Assembly: GCA_965226385.1 (NCBI GenBank)
Contig: OZ245359.1
Coordinates: forward strand, 3,090,545-3,154,544
DNA: 64,000 nt
Source of the DNA: Bryobacterales bacterium
Lineage (GTDB): Bacteria; Acidobacteriota; Terriglobia; Bryobacterales; UBA6623
Reading direction: 5' to 3'
The notes under the pieces are model-generated. The model ran no database searches, was not told the origin of the DNA, and saw only the letters and a list, made by a program, of their open reading frames with translations. The first letter of the stretch is position 1, and each line of letters begins with the position of its first letter. The translations under genes and the position numbers were made by a program. Positions 39,075 through 47,441 of the stretch are shown piece after piece.

Positions 39075-39940
39075 CAGTCGGGGTGCAGCGGGTAGACGTA
39101 CACGCCCTTGGGTGTCTTGGCCGGTGCCGTTCCCCTGGCCTTGCGCCCCTTCGTCATGCCGAGGAACTGCCAGTTGGCCGCCCGGTAGCAGGTCGCCCGG
39201 TAGCGCTCCAGGTCAACGAAGGTTTCCACCAGCACCGGCCGGTAGCCGTGCCGCTGCTGCCAGTCCTGCGGCAGCTGCTGCAGCGCCAACCCCAGCGCCT
39301 TCGACGCCAGGAACTTGACCTGCACCCAAGGAAACAAAAGGAACCGGCTGTTGCTGATGACCAGGTCGAGGTGCTTGCGGTGCGCCTGGCCCTGCCAGCC
39401 GATCCAGGTGTCGCGGCACTCCAGGTTGCGGGTGGCGAAGCCGAACAGCAGGCAGCCGAGCTGGCGCCCGTGTCGGTCGCGCAGGAAGTAGCGCAGATGC
39501 GCGCCGATGGGCTGGCGGTAGCCCTGGGGATGGTAGCGCTCGACCCATTCGTTCCACTCCGCGACAGCCTCCCGCTCGGTCACCGCCTCCAGGGCTAGCG
39601 GCGTCAGCTCGGCGAGATCCTCGCGGAGAGGGGGCTGGGGCGCGGTCCGCTCGCCCGGCGTGATCGGCCTCTGCGGGCCCCGCCCGGGCCTAGCGCTGCG
39701 GGCTGGCAGGGTCAGGATGCCGAGCCGCTCCAGCTCCTCAAGCAGGCGCGTCGCCAGATGAATGCGGTTGCTGCCCTTCGGCGTCTGCCAGCGCAGGTGC
39801 TCGCAGATGGTGTGGCCCAGCTCGGTGCGGCTCAGCTTCGGGAACAGCCCCACGGTCTCCTGGATGTCGGCGATCTGCCGCCGTGTCAGGCGCTTGCCGA
39901 AGAATGTCGTGGATTTAAGGTTCTCGATCAGCGGGTCCAT
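39041..39940 (-). CDS. DUF4338-like protein (domain family of Druantia DruA), first ORF of the IS4-like element
   Basis: RYHPQGYRQPIGAHLRYFL..., NSRFLLFPWVQV, HGYRPVLVETFVD..RYRATCYRAANW and KGVYVYPL match DUF4338 blocks as I remember them. It overlaps the transposase ORF by 34 nt in another frame. Confidence 0.65.
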   Translation of the reverse strand: MDPLIENLKSTTFFGKRLTRRQIADIQETVGLFPKLSRTELGHTICEHLRWQTPKGSNRIHLATRLLEELERLGILTLPARSARPGRGPQRPITPGERTAPQPPLREDLAELTPLALEAVTEREAVAEWNEWVERYHPQGYRQPIGAHLRYFLRDRHGRQLGCLLFGFATRNLECRDTWIGWQGQAHRKHLDLVISNSRFLLFPWVQVKFLASKALGLALQQLPQDWQQRHGYRPVLVETFVDLERYRATCYRAANWQFLGMTKGRKARGTAPAKTPKGVYVYPLHPDWCSRPTARAMP

Positions 39941-40328
39941 CGGGTAGCTCCCAGTACTCCATACCTAGGGTGGCAAACTGGGGCGCAAAAGTCAAGCGCT
40001 TCGGCAGAAAAAGTTGAGGGAGGCGTATCCTTTTGAAAATCAACAACCTATCGGTCCACCGACGAGCTATCTACCGGATTATCTATGCGAATGCCATTGC
40101 CCTCCCAGCGCTCTCAGCACCGCAACAAGACCCGATTCTCCGCGGCAATCCGCCACAGTTTCCGTGTCCCAACGTCAGATTCTCCACCATATCCCCCATC
40201 CAACCAATTACGAATCAGCGGTGGGAGATGATCTTGGTTCCAACCTGCTTCCGCTGGCGTCGGACCGAACCGAAAACCCGGCTCGGCCCAAGGCCAACTG
40301 GTTGCGTGTACTGACTGTCTGGAGGTGA

Positions 40329-43300
40329 TCAGAACATGTACTTCAACCCGAGCTGGACGATTCTCGGGCTCCCTGCGCTCGTGATCCTGCCGAACCGGCT
40401 GGACACAAAGGTCCGCTGTGGGCTACCCAGATTAACGTTGTTGAACATATTGAAAAACTCAGCGCGAAACTGAAGCCTGTGTCTTTCTGAAAGATTAATT
40501 TGTTTCTGCAGACTCACGTCCACTTTGAAATCCCCGGGGGCGTGAATGAAGTTCCGCGGGGTGGTGCCGAACGTACCGAGTGGATTCAGAGTGAAGGCAT
40601 CGGTGTTGAAGTACTCTTGAATAATCTGGGCTCGAGGCCGATCAGATGGCAAAAGAGGATTGATACCGGTGAGCATATCCGGCCGATCGTCGTTGGTGCC
40701 TGCAAGTGATCGATCTCTCCCGGTTCGGATTCTGATCGGGACCCCACTTTGCCAGGTCCAGATGCCGGCGAGGCTCCAGCCACCCGCCACGTGCCTCATC
40801 AACGCGTTTTGACCCGCGAGCCTCGGTAGGTCCCATATGAACGACTGCCGGAAGTTGTGTGGCACGTGGTAGGCGGACAATCCTCGGTTCGCGCTTCGGT
40901 CAAACGGATTGTGAGGTTGATTAAATTGAGGATCCCGGGAGTCCTGATCGATGGACTTGGAAAAGGTGTAGAACGCCAGGAACGACAGATTGTCCCGATA
41001 TCGCTTTTCCAAGCTTATCTGCAACGAGTGGTACGTCGAGAAGTAGTCATGGCCAAGCTGGGTCAGCGAGGCGAAATCGGGATACAGCGGGCGTCGTGTG
41101 TTCGTGTTTCCGAGGGTCGCTCCAGCCCCGAAGATGGCCGGGTTAAGCTGGTCGGTACTGACGAGTCGCGTGCCCTTAGAGCCCACGTAGGCCGTTCGCA
41201 ACAGGAGATCTGTTACCAGCTGTCGCTCGATCGCAAGATTCCACTGCTGGATGTAGCCGGTCTTGAAGTTTGGATGAATCGTGAAACTGTTCCCGGTTGC
41301 GAAGGTTACGTCGGATGGCGGAGTGTAGGGAGCAAAGGCCTCCGGGAAGGGATCTTGTACAGCTGCGGACCCATACGGATCCATGAAATCCACACTCCGA
41401 AGTTCAAACGACGGAGAGAACGGCGCTGCTTCGACAAAGTTGTTGTACATGACGCCGGGAAGCCGCGAGAAGAAGACACCATAACCTCCCCGAACGCTTG
41501 TCCGATTCTTCCCGTCGACGTTCCAGGCAAATCCAAACCGTGGAGCTAGATTCAGTAGATTGCTGTTCGTGCCAGCCTCCGGGAAGTTGCTATCACCGGC
41601 AAAAACAAGGCCGGGCGGAGCATTCCCAAATCGCTCCGACTGAAGTCCCGGACGAAAACCGGTGACTTGGCCGAGTCCGTCGGTGTAGGGCCACCAGGGG
41701 TCCCAACGCAGTCCGAAATTAAGGCTGAAGTCACGGGCGACATTAAACTTGTCCTGGACGTACAAGCTCATCTCGAAACCTCGCATGTCCTTGGCTTTGC
41801 CACCGCTCTGCCGGAAGCGCGCCACTCTACCGGTCAGGAAATCTGCGAAACCATCGCCGGTTGCACTACCGCTGAAAGCAATACTGGGGGCTTGGCGATA
41901 ACCAGTGTTCGACTCGAACTTGATCCGGGGAACAAACTCTGCCCCGAACTGAATCGAGTGCTTTCCCGTGATGTAGCTGACCGTGTTCGAGAATTCGTGA
42001 TTCTGCCGGATCCAGTTGCTGCCCGGAGGTCCGGAGCCGCTGCCCCAACCGCTATATCCGGTGATCCCGAGCAAGAGTGCGCGGCGCTCAGGTGCAGTCG
42101 ACGCGACCTTGACGCCAAAATCCGTAAGGTCGAATGGTGTCGTCCGAATGTTGAATGAGTCGAGGAACAGTGATTTGGCAATAAACGTATTGACAAGGTT
42201 AGGGGACGCAGTCAAGGTGTATCGACCAGTGAAGCTCTTGGTCGTCTGCAGCTGAGCCATTCTCGAGTTGAGAAGGGTATTCTCCCCGTCCCAGCCATCC
42301 CTCGTGTGCCGGACATAGAAAAAGCTTCCCGAGATCATATGGGGCCCACGATTGTAGTCCAGTTTGCCCAGGTACTGGTTATTGCTACGGTCATCTGGAC
42401 GAGCAAACAAAATTTTCCCATCCGGGGTCTGAGGCGGCGGCAAGAATCCAAGGAGATCCACACTGGCGGGCGCAAAGAGTTCCTCCGGTACCCGGTTGTT
42501 AGGGAACAATTCTCCGGTGAACGGGTCTTTCAGTTGTTTCTTTAGTGCCGAAAAGTCTCCTTGGCGCATCTCCAGCGAGGGCACAAAAGCCGTGTTTGCC
42601 AGGGAAGTGTTCTTGATCCGAAATCCCTGGTAGCTGCCGAAGAAGAACAACTTGTTAGTGAGTACGGGTCCTCCGAAAGTGGCTCCAAACTGGTTGCGCT
42701 TCAGATTGTCGTGTGCTGGAGCGAAGAAGTTGCGTGCATTCATGCTTCCGTTGCGCAGGAACTCGAACGCCGATCCGTGGTGCTCGTTGGTTCCGGACTT
42801 GGTGACGACGTTGACGATGGCTCCAGCGGAGTTGCCGTATTCGGCATTGTAGTTGTTTGTCTGAACACTGAACTCCTGGATGGCGTCCGGGTTGGGGAAG
42901 ATCGCGTTGTTGCGCCAGATGACATCCGAGTGAGTGCCGCCATCGAGCTTGTAGCCCACCTCGCTCCCTCGCGCTCCATTCGCCGAGATCGCCAGCGCCT
43001 CGTCGGTATTGGCATAGCCAGCCCTGCTGGTCCTCACCCCGGTGACAATGCCAGGAACAAGGTAAACCAGCGAGGCAACATTGCGGCCATTGAGTGGAAG
43101 GTCTTCCACTGCCCGCGTATTGACGATCTGGCTCAGAGTGCCAGATTCCGTTGCTGTCATGGGGGCTTCGGAGGTCACGGTGACCACCTCAGTAATCTCG
43201 CCAACCGAAAGCTCCACGTTGAGGCTGTGTGTGGTATCGACGTTCAGAGTGATACCCGTCTGTCGATAGGTTGCAAAGCCGGGCGCGCTGGCCTCTAAAC

Positions 43301-43556
43301 TGTAACTCCCAATGGGCAGGAGGGTAAGGAGGAACCTCCCGTTTGCACCGGTCGTAGTGGTCCTTGTGAACTGCGTGCCGAGATTCGTGACAGTTACCGA
43401 GGCAGCTGGCACGACGGCACCCGAGCTGTCGGTAACTGTGCCGGCCAGTGATGCAGTTGGAGCCACCTGGGCCAAGGCGGATCCGCTGCAGAGTATCACC
43501 ACAGCCAGGAGCCTCAGACGGGCTCTTAGTTTTCCCGATGTTCTGTTCATATTCAT
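40329..43556 (-). CDS. TonB-dependent receptor-like outer-membrane protein with N-terminal carboxypeptidase-regulatory-like domain
   Basis: The start is taken at MNMNRTSGKLRARLRLLAVVILCSGSALAQ (signal peptide). LAGTVTDSSGAVVPAASVTVTN...TTTTGANGRFLL..LPIGSYSL is CarboxypepD_reg-like. A long beta-barrel follows, ending in ...QLGLKYMF. This architecture is common in Acidobacteriota. Confidence 0.85.
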   Translation of the reverse strand: MNMNRTSGKLRARLRLLAVVILCSGSALAQVAPTASLAGTVTDSSGAVVPAASVTVTNLGTQFTRTTTTGANGRFLLTLLPIGSYSLEASAPGFATYRQTGITLNVDTTHSLNVELSVGEITEVVTVTSEAPMTATESGTLSQIVNTRAVEDLPLNGRNVASLVYLVPGIVTGVRTSRAGYANTDEALAISANGARGSEVGYKLDGGTHSDVIWRNNAIFPNPDAIQEFSVQTNNYNAEYGNSAGAIVNVVTKSGTNEHHGSAFEFLRNGSMNARNFFAPAHDNLKRNQFGATFGGPVLTNKLFFFGSYQGFRIKNTSLANTAFVPSLEMRQGDFSALKKQLKDPFTGELFPNNRVPEELFAPASVDLLGFLPPPQTPDGKILFARPDDRSNNQYLGKLDYNRGPHMISGSFFYVRHTRDGWDGENTLLNSRMAQLQTTKSFTGRYTLTASPNLVNTFIAKSLFLDSFNIRTTPFDLTDFGVKVASTAPERRALLLGITGYSGWGSGSGPPGSNWIRQNHEFSNTVSYITGKHSIQFGAEFVPRIKFESNTGYRQAPSIAFSGSATGDGFADFLTGRVARFRQSGGKAKDMRGFEMSLYVQDKFNVARDFSLNFGLRWDPWWPYTDGLGQVTGFRPGLQSERFGNAPPGLVFAGDSNFPEAGTNSNLLNLAPRFGFAWNVDGKNRTSVRGGYGVFFSRLPGVMYNNFVEAAPFSPSFELRSVDFMDPYGSAAVQDPFPEAFAPYTPPSDVTFATGNSFTIHPNFKTGYIQQWNLAIERQLVTDLLLRTAYVGSKGTRLVSTDQLNPAIFGAGATLGNTNTRRPLYPDFASLTQLGHDYFSTYHSLQISLEKRYRDNLSFLAFYTFSKSIDQDSRDPQFNQPHNPFDRSANRGLSAYHVPHNFRQSFIWDLPRLAGQNALMRHVAGGWSLAGIWTWQSGVPIRIRTGRDRSLAGTNDDRPDMLTGINPLLPSDRPRAQIIQEYFNTDAFTLNPLGTFGTTPRNFIHAPGDFKVDVSLQKQINLSERHRLQFRAEFFNMFNNVNLGSPQRTFVSSRFGRITSAGSPRIVQLGLKYMF

Positions 43557-43670
43557 GACCTGACTCCTTCGTTGCCTACGATCTAACAACTTGTAGATCT
43601 TACCCGTATATATAGCAGCATACTTTCTTGATTTTGTCAAGCAGTAATTCTCAATTTCTCAATTGGGTGC

Positions 43671-43750
43671 GTATTCTGATTGAAAACGAACACCGATTCT
43701 GATTGAGAACGAACACTGATTCTGATCGAAAACGAACACCAGTTCTGAGC
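43671..43750 (+). repeat. Tandem 23-bp repeats (3 full copies and a partial): (g/c/t)(t/g)attctgat(t/c)ga(a/g)aacgaacac
   Basis: The copies lie at 43671-43693, 43694-43716 and 43717-43739, with a partial copy at 43740-43750. IS21-family ends characteristically carry multiple transposase-binding repeats. Confidence 0.85.
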
Positions 43751-43815
43751 ATATAGAGCTGGAGCGGCGCGACGGAGCAAGAACAGTCGACGTCCTTCCT
43801 TGTAAGGAGGTCGCG

Positions 43816-44178
43816 ATGCCAAGAAATCGAGTTGCAATGCACAACATCAAAGAGGTCATGAGGCTGCACCACAAGTTGGGACACAGTCAGCGAGAGATAG
43901 CCAGATCCTGTGGGATCAGTCTGAGTACAGTGAACACCGTGCTCCAGAGAGCCCGCCAAGTGGGCCTGAGCTGGCCCTTGGAGCCTGAGTTGGAGGAGGC
44001 AGCACTGGAGCAGCGCCTCTACGGCCAGCGGGGTGTGGAGGGGAAAGCTGCTCGCCGCGAGACAGTCGACTTCGCGGAGGTTCAAAAGCAGCTGCAAAAG
44101 CACAAGCACACCACGCTGCTACTGCTGTGGCAGGAATACCGTGAGGTGCACCCGCACGGGTACAGTTATAGCCACTAC
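43816..44178 (+). pseudogene. istA: IS21-family transposase IstA, N-terminal HTH part only
   Basis: MHNIKEVMRLHHKLGHSQREIARSCGISLSTVNTVLQRARQVGLSWPL...LLLLWQEYREVHPHGYSYSHYW matches the IstA N-terminus of the IS408/IS1162 type. The DDE domain is absent. Confidence 0.8.
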
Positions 44179-44303
44179 TGGAGTATCTACGAAGTTTCGG
44201 ACTATTTGGGCTGTGGCAGCTATGGCAGTCGAGTGGTCCCGGAGGTCGAGTGCACTTCATGATTGCTGAGAAGAGCAGCGATGTCAAGGTCAAGCGGGTG
44301 TCC
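44179..44303 (-). repeat. 125-bp repeat, copy B (inverted partner of 10959-11083)
   Basis: See copy A. Weaker similarity (cagcgag) continues a few bases past 44303. Confidence 0.9.
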
Positions 44304-45495
44304 AGGAACTCGCTGTGACCTCGCATGACAAGGGCAATCTGGTCACGAGGCACGCGAAACCTGATGAGAATGGCTAGGTCGGGTTTGGACAATTGAGTGC
44401 CGGGGAGTGGCACCTGATGACGAAGACCGAGGGCTGTCCTACCGAGCATGCCAGCGACCAGGTCGTGGAAGAGGAAACGCACTGAGTGAGACTGTACCTG
44501 AAGTAGGGGAAGTTGCTCAGCGGCAAAATCTCCGATTAAGCAGGCAAGCCGATTGCCCAGGCGCAACTTCACCTCGTTGCCGACTAGGCCGCAGTTTAAT
44601 GCCCTGACCGTGTTTGGAAGGAGCCGGATCTGGCACGCAGTTGATCGCCGAGATGAGTGGGGCTTCAACATCGTCTGCGTTAGCCCAGAACCCGAAGCTG
44701 AGTGTAGAGCCTTGCGTTTCTTGAGCTTGAGCCTTTCTGCTGGCTTAACTTCCTGCGAGCCGCATACCTTTCCAGCGATGCTGAAGAGTTGAGTATCCTC
44801 GCAGCGTGGAAGAAGTAGGTGTTGGCCGGATATTACGGTGTGGCTAGCGAGCCAACAGCTTCCGTCGTTGGCGCCCAGCGTCTCCTTGGGTTGGGTGATT
44901 CGACACGGCGAAGCAACTCTCTGAATTCAGGGGCTCCGGGTTGATTGGTATTCGGCTCAACACGCCTGGCGCAACTGCAGCATCGTGCAATTCAAACCGT
45001 AGTTCAGCTTGGTACCGGTCTGTGTCAGATCCGTGGCAGGCGAATCACAGGTCAGATTACAGAGGCAGAGGCTGTACATCCCGGCTAATGCAGACCAAGG
45101 CACCGGAACCAATACTGGCTGCAGTACTCCCACCCACGCCACACTCCAGATCAACGGCTACTCCTTGTCCTGCAACAACAAAAACAGGAATCTTCCCCCA
45201 TCGAAATTATGCCGGACCGGAGGGCGGGGCTACTCGTCCGGTTCTGTATGCAACCCGGTGGGCACCCCACCCATTCCAGGCACAATGAATTCAATGGGCT
45301 GGACGATGCCGAAATCTCTGTGATGGAGGCCACGGTTTACCGTGTCATGGGCAAGCAAAGCTGTGATCACTGGCCATGTGGCACTCGCTTGCTTTGGCTC
45401 GGGCCATGCCCGCCAAATTGCTTGGAACCGGGCCTGGCCTGTAGCGGTCGGGATCGTTGCTTCCTTGGGGGTTGGAGTCAGATACAGGGGTCAGG

Positions 45496-46269
45496 TCATG
45501 GCGTCTTCTGCGTGCGTCTCTGCTGTTTCTGGATCTTCTTTAATTCCTTCTCGTCGATGATGGTCAGGTTGAAATGGATGTCGATAAGCGTGACAACTTC
45601 GACTTTTTCCCCGTTTAAGAGCGTTGGCTGGTACACCCACTGCTCGACGGCTTTTATCGCTGCAGCTGCAAGCAGCGGATGACCATTGATGAGCTTCACA
45701 TCGCGAACCGATCCATTAGTAGTAATGATCGCCTCCAGCTTGACGGTCCCGGTCACATTCTGCTCGATCGCGTCTTGTGGGTAAGTGGGCTGCACTTTGT
45801 GTGTCATGCGGGCACTCTGTATTCGGCCTCCGACACGTATCGGAGGGGGAAGTGGGAGGTATTGACCCCCATGCAGAACCATACCTACCACACCGACCGA
45901 GCCCGAGACGCCCCGTCCACCGGATAAGCCCTGCAGCGCGGATATACCGCCAAGTGGCGAAACGGGCATCACGTTATCGTGGAGGAGAGCAACTCGGTCA
46001 GGGATTGCGACGGGTGATCGGAGGTCTGCTTCGTATCGCACTGTCTCAGGCCGGGGTGACGGATCGACGAGTTGTGGTGCCGGAGCCGGCGGGGGTGGTG
46101 CCGCCAAGCTGAACGCGGTTGCCAACCAATCTCCTGGATTGATCTCGTAAGTATTGAGAAGCGGTAGTAGTACCAGCCCGGCGATGCCGATGACTTGAAT
46201 TATCAGGGAACCGGCAAAGCTCCACCCACGGCGGGCGGAGGATTCCGAGACAGGATACAGGTCAAACAC
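45496..46269 (-). CDS. tonB: Energy transducer TonB
   Basis: 257 aa. An N-terminal anchor (SFAGSLIIQVIGIAGLVLLPLL) and a Pro-rich spacer (APPPPAPAPQLVDPSPRP) come first. The C-terminal TonB domain reads PTYPQDAIEQNVTGTVKLEAIITTNGSVRDVKLINGHPLL..AAIKAVEQWVYQP. Confidence 0.8.
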   Translation of the reverse strand: MFDLYPVSESSARRGWSFAGSLIIQVIGIAGLVLLPLLNTYEINPGDWLATAFSLAAPPPPAPAPQLVDPSPRPETVRYEADLRSPVAIPDRVALLHDNVMPVSPLGGISALQGLSGGRGVSGSVGVVGMVLHGGQYLPLPPPIRVGGRIQSARMTHKVQPTYPQDAIEQNVTGTVKLEAIITTNGSVRDVKLINGHPLLAAAAIKAVEQWVYQPTLLNGEKVEVVTLIDIHFNLTIIDEKELKKIQKQQRRTQKTP

Positions 46270-46491
46270 AGGAAATCTCTACTAATGTTGGGCAACTACT
46301 TGGTGGGTAGGTTACCAGTGGCTGGAAAAAAGTGGCGAAGTCAACCTATTCGCCGTCATGGATCCACTAGACGAAACGGTCCCGTTTCCCACTATGTCCA
46401 ATACCCTTCGTCTTAGGAGCCTGATGTGTTTGGCGAGGTCCGGGATCGGTGGCAGGCTGGCTTGCCCTGCTTGAGTGGATAGCTGCTCATC

Positions 46492-46776
46492 ATGCGCTTC
46501 ACCCTGCTGACAGAGAAATGGCGCTTGCGTCTTAGCCGTGAGGTCGGAGCCTGGATCGAAACGGCGCTCGCGTTGCCGGGCATCCGCTTGATCCCGATCG
46601 AGCCGACAATTGCAGTGGACAGCGTACGATTGCCCGGCAAGTTCCACACAGATTCGGCTGACCGCTTCATCGTCGCCACTGTCCGCCATCACGACGCCCC
46701 GCTCGTCAGTACTGACCGTGCCATCCTCGCATATGCGGCCAACTGCCACGTTCGCATCGTTGACGCGAACAGGTAG
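46492..46776 (+). pseudogene. PIN-domain (VapC-like) toxin remnant lacking the N-terminal acidic motif
   Basis: RLSREVGAWIE...IPIEPTIAVDSVRLPGKFHTDSADRFIVATVRHHDAPLVSTDRAIL follows the C-terminal pattern of VapC/PIN toxins (LP..H.DP.DR.I.A). Upstream frames are broken and no antitoxin is recognisable. Confidence 0.45.
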
Positions 46777-47003
46777 GTCGTGAAATGGCAAAGTTCTTGG
46801 GTGTATGGGTGCAGCGGCGACTCCAGACCCAACCCGAGCGGAAGGTCGTAATCAATGGGACTGTGTTACAAATCTGGCTATTGGGGGGTTGATGGTGGGC
46901 TGAGGCGGTCACTATCCGACGAATATCAGGTGGGTATAACATGGTGCCCAAGGCACTTGGGAAGCATTGTGGGAAGTGACTCTTGCGCGTTGCACTGACC
47001 AGG

Positions 47004-47177
47004 ATGTTTCCCGACGACAAGGCCGCATAGTGTTGGTTCGCCGAAGTCCGCTGTCCTGCCAGGGTTCGCTGTCCGCTTTGTGGTTCGGATAACATGGCAA
47101 GCGGTGGGCGTAACAATACGATGCCTTGCCTCTGCCGTCGTTGCCGAAAGTGGTACTCCGTCAAGCCGGCACCGTAA
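47004..47177 (+). pseudogene. IS1595-family transposase N-terminal zinc-ribbon fragment
   Basis: It reads MFPDDKAA-[TAG]-CWFAEVRCPARVRCPLCGSDN...CRRCRKWYSV. This matches the FPDEE..RWP.G..CP.CGS...C..CR..FSV pattern. An in-frame TAG lies at 47028-47030 and there is no DDE domain. Confidence 0.55.
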
Positions 47178-47441
47178 TGCAAAGATCAGAATACCGGTGA
47201 ACCTGTTTGATCTTTTCCCTATTTGTAAGCATGCTTTGAGCCATCAATGCACTTGATCCTTACTGTCTGGAGATGATAGTGGTTCAACAACATTGACCAT
47301 GATGAATCGCAAGGCTACAATGGTGAGAGTGTCCACATAAAGGGTTGTGCGACCTCGACGGTTTCCCCCGTCTTCTTGGACTACTGATTTAGCGATCCGG
47401 GATTCGCAAGATTCCCTGTGTCGCAATATGGTTAAATCCCA

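Larger units (their letters stand above)
37831..40099 (-). mobile_element. Complete IS4-like insertion sequence (2269 bp) carrying a DUF4338 ORF and a DDE transposase ORF
   Basis: The perfect 12-bp terminal inverted repeats are caatggcattcg at 37831-37842 and cgaatgccattg at 40088-40099. A subterminal repeat gcattcgtttaa occurs twice at the left end. No obvious target-site duplication flanks it (gcatgc / ccctcc). Confidence 0.85.
36805..40187 (+). mobile_element. IS1380-family element, inactivated (internal deletion and nested IS insertion); outer ends approximate
   Basis: It contains the IS1380-type transposase remnant. The candidate imperfect terminal repeats are ggaaatctcaccaatggg (36807-36824) and the reverse complement of cccaacgtcagattctcc (40168-40185). 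By hand they match at about 14 of 19 aligned positions, so the boundaries are tentative. Confidence 0.45.
43635..44178 (+). mobile_element. IS21-family element, left end with truncated istA
   Basis: The terminus begins tgtcaagcag... at 43635 and is followed by three 23-bp subterminal direct repeats. The istA N-terminus follows. Recognisable istA sequence stops at about 44178, where the 125-bp repeat begins. Confidence 0.75.

Noticed and set aside
36860-39598. Track ORFs 36860..37573, 37667..38125, 37717..39027, 38070..38783, 38276..38695, 38780..39598, 39213..39557
   Set aside because: They are shadow frames across the two IS elements. They have extreme Arg/Pro/Ala/Gly composition and no motifs. 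The real frames encode the recognisable IS1380, IS4 DDE and DUF4338 proteins.
39041-39940. DUF4338 ORF as a marker of a Druantia anti-phage system
   Set aside because: It lies inside inverted-repeat-bounded IS DNA and is coupled to a DDE transposase. None of the other Druantia components (druB-D, the large DruE helicase) is present nearby.
43557-43640. N-terminal 28-codon extension of the TonB-dependent receptor ORF as given in the track (start 43640)
   Set aside because: The extension lacks a signal peptide and overlaps the IS21-like terminus. The internal MNMNRTSGKLRARLRLLAVVIL... gives a proper signal sequence.
43671-43750. Possible CRISPR array
   Set aside because: The 23-bp units are directly tandem with no spacers, there are only three or four copies, and they sit at the end of an IS21-family element, where such repeats are expected. 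No cas genes are present.
10959-44303. The 33-kb segment bracketed by the 125-bp inverted repeats as a composite transposon, prophage or integrative element
   Set aside because: The interior is mostly housekeeping backbone (pdxST, hemW, dinG-like, thiolase, tRNA-Arg, glycosyltransferases). There is no integrase, capsid, conjugation or terminal transposase arrangement. The repeats are better seen as recombination substrates.
9963-47030. Three in-frame TAG codons in recognisable protein fragments (9963, 10240, 47028), plus the TAG at 59207, as evidence for TAG reassignment or pyrrolysine
   Set aside because: TAG is the normal terminator of ffh, rpsP, trmD, rplS and several other well-defined genes in this window. 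The first three TAGs occur in fragments that also carry frameshifts and truncations, and no pyl genes are seen. Ordinary nonsense mutations explain them.
47178-47441. Looked for SRP RNA or another structured ncRNA upstream of ffh, and considered the 60-aa minus ORF 47244..47426
   Set aside because: I found no conserved SRP RNA domain IV motif or convincing extended helix. The ORF has no motifs and lies in the likely ffh promoter region.
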